Source of the DNA: Emiliania huxleyi CCMP1516 | Lineage: Eukaryota | Reading direction: 5' to 3' | Length of the DNA: 64,000 bases | Assembly (NCBI RefSeq): GCF_000372725.1 | Contig: NW_005201176.1 | Location: 1-64,000 of the forward strand | Program-made: the position numbers and the translations under genes | Shown: positions 58,896-64,000 of the stretch, in pieces | How positions within the stretch are numbered: the stretch's first letter is position 1 | Layout of the letters: each line of letters begins with the position of its first letter | The notes under the pieces: model-generated | Told to the model about the DNA's origin: nothing | What the model saw: the letters and a program-made list of their open reading frames with translations, nothing else | Databases searched by the model: none

Positions 58896-59292
58896 GGGCG
58901 ACGGCGGTGAGTGCAGCGATTGCGACGAGCCGCTCTGTGACCAGCTTCACCGCCACCGCCTCCGGCTGTCGTCGCTCCTGCTCGCGGCGCTGGCATCGGC
59001 CTTGCTCGCTTTCTCGATCGAGGTGGAGGGCCTTGTCCGCTCCAGGGGCGAGGCGGCGCGCCCCCCCTCGGGCGTGCAGGTCGAGCTGCTGCTCCTCGCG
59101 CGGCTCGTCGACTGCTCGATCGGCACCCTCCTCGCGCTCGTCTTTGCGCCGCAGCTGCTGCCCCGCACGCCCGCCGCGCTCGCGAGGGTGCGCTCCGCCA
59201 TGCGGTCTGTGCGCGCTTTTCCGTCGACGTGGGCGATTGCGCGAGGTGACAGCTCCGCCCGGCTCGACGAGGATCAGCGGCGGCGCCAGTGA
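56159..59292 (+). CDS. GPR155: GPR155/LYCHOS-like protein (PIN/AEC-type transporter domain + GPCR-like TM region)
   Basis: FVGRLAMPGLLFLAM, AAKGLVF, AGLYAIATTQSNDFALGLPL, IYLAAPVQLALLNPLGFALLE closely resemble GPR155 (ATQSNDFALGYP, IYLVAPISL..LNPIGF); C-terminal DQLHRH..GVQVELLLL..; gap inside the gene. Confidence 0.82.
57362..57504. other. Assembly gap
   Basis: N run. Confidence 1.
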
Positions 59293-59589
59293 GTCGGTGG
59301 GTGCCTTTTTGTGCGCGATCTGTTGATCTAGGGATCTCAGGATTCTTTTGTGCGTACGGCTCTAAGGGTGAGCCGTGACTTGTATCTTTTCTTTAAGATC
59401 AGTGTGTGTCGGTGACAATGTCAGGCACCTGCGAGCGCCGGAGGGGTACACGCACACCGGTCACACGCACATGCGGGACCCGAGATCTCATAAACCTCCA
59501 CCTCCCGCGGGTTCACGTTCGCAGGGGTGGCAAATAGGACGGCAATACGGCTTTACACAGAGCCTGGCGCCCTTTCGCGCTTCTATCAC

Positions 59590-60212
59590 TCGGCCCCGGC
59601 GCCCACGCCTCGATCTTCTTGGGCAGCAGCTGGTTGGACAGGTCCTCTCCGTGGCCTAGGCAGCTGCTCTCGCCCTTGCCCCACGTGAAGACGGTGCTGT
59701 CGGCGGAAAGGGCGAGGCTACGCTGCCACCCAGCCGACACAGCGACGACGCGCTGCCCCGCCAAGGCCTCGATCTTCTTCACGGCAGCTGCTGCAGTTGC
59801 TCGTCGCCGTGGCCCAGCATGCCAAAGGTTCCAAAGCCCCAGCTCCAGACGGCGCCGTTGGCGGCGAGGGCGAGGCTGTGCTGACCTCCAGCCGACACAG
59901 CGACGACGCGCTGGCCATCAAAAGCCTCGATCTTCCTGAGCAGCAGCTGGTTCTGCAGACTGCCGTGGCCCAGCGCGCCCAAGCCTCCCTGACCCCAGCT
60001 CCAGACGGCGCCGTCGGCGGTGATGGCGAGGCTGTGGGAGTCTCCAGCCGACACGGCGATGACACTCCGGCCAGCAAAGGCCTCGACCTTCTTCGGCAGC
60101 AGCTGTAGCTGCGTGTCGCCGTGGCCCAACCGGCCGTCGTCTCCACTGCCCCAGCTCCAGACACAGCTCCGTCGGCGGTGATGGCGAGGCTGTGGCTGCC
60201 TCCAGCAGACAC
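59590..60212 (-). pseudogene. RCC1-repeat pseudogene
   Basis: VSAG..HSLA.TADGAVWSWG.G..G.LGHG..LLPKKVEAF repeats split by at least 2 frameshifts; 5' truncated at a microsatellite. Confidence 0.8.
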
Positions 60213-60616
60213 GTGCGGTGTGAGTGTGTGCGTGTCATGCGGCTACAGCAGATAACCGTCGGTGTCCGTCTGTATTATTATTAACAACGAAGGCGCTCTC
60301 AAAAAAGAATTTTCCGGGGGCTTTTACAAGGATCGGGCTCGCACACGCACGATTCACACGGCACGCAAGGCGCAGACGACGGCGCGCGAAAAGTCTTCTA
60401 TCTTTTCTTTCCTAGTATTTTTCACGATTCCACGGGAGATGGCTTGCTAAGCGGTCATTGTCTTGGTGTCCATGCAAGGCGCGCGATACACATGTACCGT
60501 TGATCTGCTCGATTTAAACACACGCAACTTCACACGATATCGTATAAGACATGTACATGTGCCCCATTCACACTTTGTGTGTGTGGAAACGTTTATCTTT
60601 GTTTCCTCACCTTGGC

Positions 60617-60970
60617 TCAAAATGGCGGGATCTCCGCGGCTACCCTCGGCGCCTCCTCCTCGATGACAATGGTCACCGCAGGCTTCGCAGCAAAATTGAC
60701 CGCCATGCCGAGCTCGTCCGCCAGAACCTCGAGGAAGAGCGGCATGAGGGCCGCGCCGCATATTTGCTCCGCGGTCGGCGCGACGGCTCCGTCCTGCACG
60801 ATGGTCGCCCGCGCTGAGCGGCCGCCGAGGTCCTCCATCGTCGTCTGCTGGAGAGTGATGCTCACTCCTCCCTCCTCAAGGCTGCGAGACAGCGATGCCA
60901 CCACGGCGTCCTCGACTGCGTCCAAGTCGAGCAGCGGGGCGGGTGGTGGCGACGGCGGCGACGGCGAGGA
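60617..60970 (-). pseudogene. 3' fragment of a Pro-rich gene abutting the GH43 fragment
   Basis: PSPPSPPPAPLLDLDAVEDAVVASL..AEIPPF* with GC3 bias. Confidence 0.3.
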
Positions 60971-60974
60971 TGAT

Positions 60975-62406
60975 AGCGTTTCCCCGCTCGGTGAACAGTG
61001 GTGTCCCAAGGGCCTGATGCGAGATCCTTTTCTGCTGTACCACCCGCCCAGCGACCGGTTTGTGCTGCTCTGGACGACGGGATGGGCGGCGACGACGATC
61101 GGATTTGCAACCTCCGACGATCTCGTCCATTGGAGCGCGCAGCGCGCCATCGAGGTGACGCGCGGGCTGGCCGACCCGATCGTCACGTGGGCGCCCGAAG
61201 CCGTCTTCGACCCTGATAGCGGTGAGACCTCGTCTCCAGCTTCCTAAGAGCACCTTCACAGACGCTCCACCGTTAACAGGACAGACCATGATCTTCTGGA
61301 GCTCGAGCACGGGTCGCTTGGAAGCGCCAGGGGTGTGGCGGGCGCTGAGCAGCGTCTCTTGAAGCCTCCCGGTGTGAAAAGGCAGCATCGAATGGTCGAA
61401 TCTGGAGCCGACAAAGGGGCGGCTAACAGCAGACGAGAAGAAGGTGCGTCTCGCCCTCGGGTGTTGGAGGGGGTGGTGCGTTCAGCTCACAGCTGCCCTC
61501 TGTTCGAACAGGAGCGGCAGAAGGCGTACCGAAACGCGAGTCAGTCCTACTGGCAGACGCCCAAGCGCATCTACTATACCCTTACCGCCGACTTTGAGAG
61601 CTTCACGCCGGCACGGCTCCTCTTTGACTCTGGCTACTCAACCATCGACGCCACCGTCCTTCGCAGCGAGGGCCACCACCGCATGGAGTGTTGAGCAAAG
61701 GAGGGGAGGGCGCCTCTTCATGGCATCCCGGCGTGATAGGGCGATACTATATGGCGTACCGCGCAAAGGTGGGCGACGCCGTCTCGCTCTACACGGCCGA
61801 GGCCAGCGACATGACCGGGCCGTGCGTGCCCTCGCCCCGAGTGTAGCGCTCCCCCGCATGTATCTCTGTTTCCCTCTGCTGGTGGCAATCCGCGAGTTCT
61901 CAGGCGGACTAAATGCGAGCGTATAATGTGGATATTGACCGCGTTTGCTTGCGCTGCGCAGATACCGGACGATTGGCAACCTCAGTGCGCTGGTGCCGGT
62001 GCCCACCGAGGGGCCGAGCTTGGTGCGGACTGTGGTGGCTGCTGCTTCACCTCTTGGCCGGTGCAAAGCGACGTGTTGCGAAATAGGTTGAGTGGGGCGG
62101 CTGCTTCTACATCTACCACGACATGTACGAGGACGGCCGCTATGGCGTGCTCTTGGCGCCGAGCATGCACAAACCATGGGAGTGCGACGGGTGCCGTGAA
62201 CAGCGCCTGACTAACGTCGCGGTCTCTGTGAGCATAGGCACGGGCCATGGCGAACAGAGGAGGGACTTCACGTGCCAGACCTGACGCGACACGCGACGGT
62301 GATCCACATGCCGCGAGCCCGCGCAAGCGCGCTGCTCGGGCGCGCCGAGGCGGCTGGGAGGGGGAGAGAGGAGGACCAAAGGTGGCGCAAGAAAATAAGA
62401 AAGTAG
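60975..62406 (+). pseudogene. GH43-like five-bladed propeller glycoside hydrolase lacking its N-terminus
   Basis: LMRDPFL, LWTTGW, SDDLVHWS, WAPEAVFD, IFWSS, RIYYT.T.DFESFTPARLLFD.GYSTIDAT, TEGPS, YIYHDMY..GRYG, TRHATVI. Confidence 0.65.
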
Positions 62407-62458
62407 AACGGTCAAGCTATGGTGGAGACAGACGCACATACAGAGAGTGCGGTCAGTA

Positions 62459-62461
<3 letters not shown>

Positions 62462-62521
<60 letters not shown>
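62462..62521. repeat. (TC)n microsatellite
   Basis: Direct reading. Confidence 0.97.
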
Positions 62522-62523
<2 letters not shown>

Positions 62524-62565
62524 GCCAGGCGGTCATCGGCGGCTTGAATCAATGTCCGCAGGGGG

Positions 62566-63042
62566 CTTAGGGGACCCCTAGGGTTCTGAGGGCCGGATTT
62601 TTTGAAGACCTTTTAAAAGAAACGAGGAGGTTTGGGGGCTCAAGAGATTGCAGGCACGGGGGGTCCCTCGTTTAAGACCGTTTAAGAAAATCGGCCTCGC
62701 CGGCATGCGTCGCTGGGTTTCGCGCCGTTTTCTCCAATACTGCCGTTATTAGGCACAAACCCGCCTCTGAAGTGTGAAGACACATCTGTAAGAGTCTGGT
62801 GCACTGGCAGGAGCCATACTCGCATAGGGGACGCGTGCTAGCTGACTGTAGCCAGCTTCCCGGCCTCCGGCGTGTCTACCGGGAGCCTCCCGGACCATCG
62901 ACCTCCCGCACCGTTTAAGCGTTTAAGACCGTTTGAGGAATTGGCGGCCCAGCAGCTCTTAAAACCGGCCTAGGCCGGTTTTAAGCCGTTTAAGCCGCAG
63001 GCGCCCCAGGGCCCACCCTTTTAAGCCTAGGGGTCCCCTAAG
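62566..63042. mobile_element. MITE, 17-bp perfect TIRs, 8-bp TSD
   Basis: cttaggggacccctagg / cctaggggtcccctaag; TSD gcaggggg at 62558-62565 and 63043-63050. Confidence 0.88.
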
Positions 63043-63272
63043 GCAGGGGGGGAGGGGGGGGGGGGGGCAAAAGTGAACTCAAAGCGCTCCTTCCGAAACA
63101 ATGAACATTATTAAAACTGTGCTCTGCACACCGTGGCGCGAGCGAAGCTTCAGAACTGGCTTCAGCGGAAACGGGAAAGAACACTCAGATCTCGTGCGAC
63201 ATGCTTCAAATGTCCGTCGTGCGTCGATCGTCCTCGACCTGTCAGCTGGACTTCAACCCCCCCCCCCCCTTC

Positions 63273-64000
63273 TCACTCCCGCGACCACACCTCGATCTTC
63301 TTCGGCAGCAGCTGGTTCAACAGGTCCTCTCCGTGGCCTAGGCGGGCGTCTTCGCCCTCGCCACAGCTCCACACAGCGCCATCGGCGGTGAGGGCGAGGC
63401 TGTGGACTTCCCCTGCCGATACAGCCGCGACGCGCCGCCCCGCAAATGCCTCCACCTTCTTCGGCAGCGACTGGTTCAGCTGATTGCCGTGGCCCAGCTG
63501 GCCACAACGCCCCATGCCCCAGCTCCAGACGGCGCCATCGGCGGTGATTGCCATGCTGTGGCGATCTCCAGCCGACACAGCCACGACGCGCTGGCCAGCG
63601 AAGGCCTCGACCTTCTTCGGCAGCAGCTGGTACTGCTCGTCGCCGTGGCCCAGCTGGCCATAGGGTCCCCAGCCCCAGCTCCAGACGCTGCCGTCGGCGG
63701 TGAGGGCGATGCTATGGTCTGCTCCCGCCGACACGGCGACGGCCCGCTGATCAGCGAAGGCCTCGATCTTCTTGGGCAGCAGCTGGTGCTGCTCGTCGCC
63801 GTGGCCCAGCTTGCCAAAGGCTCCCCAGCCCCAGCTCCAAGCGGCGCCGTCAGCGGTGAGGGCGAGGCTGTGCTGACCTCCAGCCGAGACAGCGACGACA
63901 CGCCGCCCAGCAAAGGCCTCGATCTTCTTGGGCAGCAGATGGTTCTGCGTGTCGCCGTGGCCCAACTCGCCCGAGTCTGCATCGCCCCAGCTGCAGACGC
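63273..64000 (-). CDS. RCC1-repeat protein, 3' part (runs off the window)
   Basis: Four or more intact VSAG..HS.ALTADG.VWSWG.G..G.LGHG repeats. Confidence 0.88.
   Translation of the reverse strand, partial: VCSWGDADSGELGHGDTQNHLLPKKIEAFAGRRVVAVSAGGQHSLALTADGAAWSWGWGAFGKLGHGDEQHQLLPKKIEAFADQRAVAVSAGADHSIALTADGSVWSWGWGPYGQLGHGDEQYQLLPKKVEAFAGQRVVAVSAGDRHSMAITADGAVWSWGMGRCGQLGHGNQLNQSLPKKVEAFAGRRVAAVSAGEVHSLALTADGAVWSCGEGEDARLGHGEDLLNQLLPKKIEVWSRE

Overview
GC-rich eukaryotic genomic DNA with four N gaps. The GC-AG introns, intronic 10-11 bp microrepeats, long (CA)n tracts and gene families suggest a haptophyte such as Emiliania/Gephyrocapsa huxleyi (inference, not verified). Recognisable genes: SPX-RING E3 ligase, a multipass membrane protein, F-box-like/Kelch protein, a degenerate ClpB-N/NBD1 plus coiled-coil protein, ArfGAP-C2, ankyrin-coiled coil-RING, an Orai/PGG-like 4-TM protein, AGC kinase, SEH1, a ribosomal L9-N-like plastid protein, a giant LVIVD/Cys-Pro repeat extracellular protein, GT47 exostosin, a PF03407-type sugar transferase, a GPR155/LYCHOS homologue, a GH43 fragment and RCC1-repeat genes. 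Between them are RLE-type non-LTR retrotransposon remnants, four MITE-like elements and short retroposon-like repeats. The strongest signal is in the introns. Many begin with an imperfect copy of the downstream exon start or are bounded by direct repeats, several introns in unrelated genes share sequence families (introner-like), and one junction unit is amplified about 17 times as a 74-bp array. Gene models and family calls come from reading motifs by eye, with no database searches.
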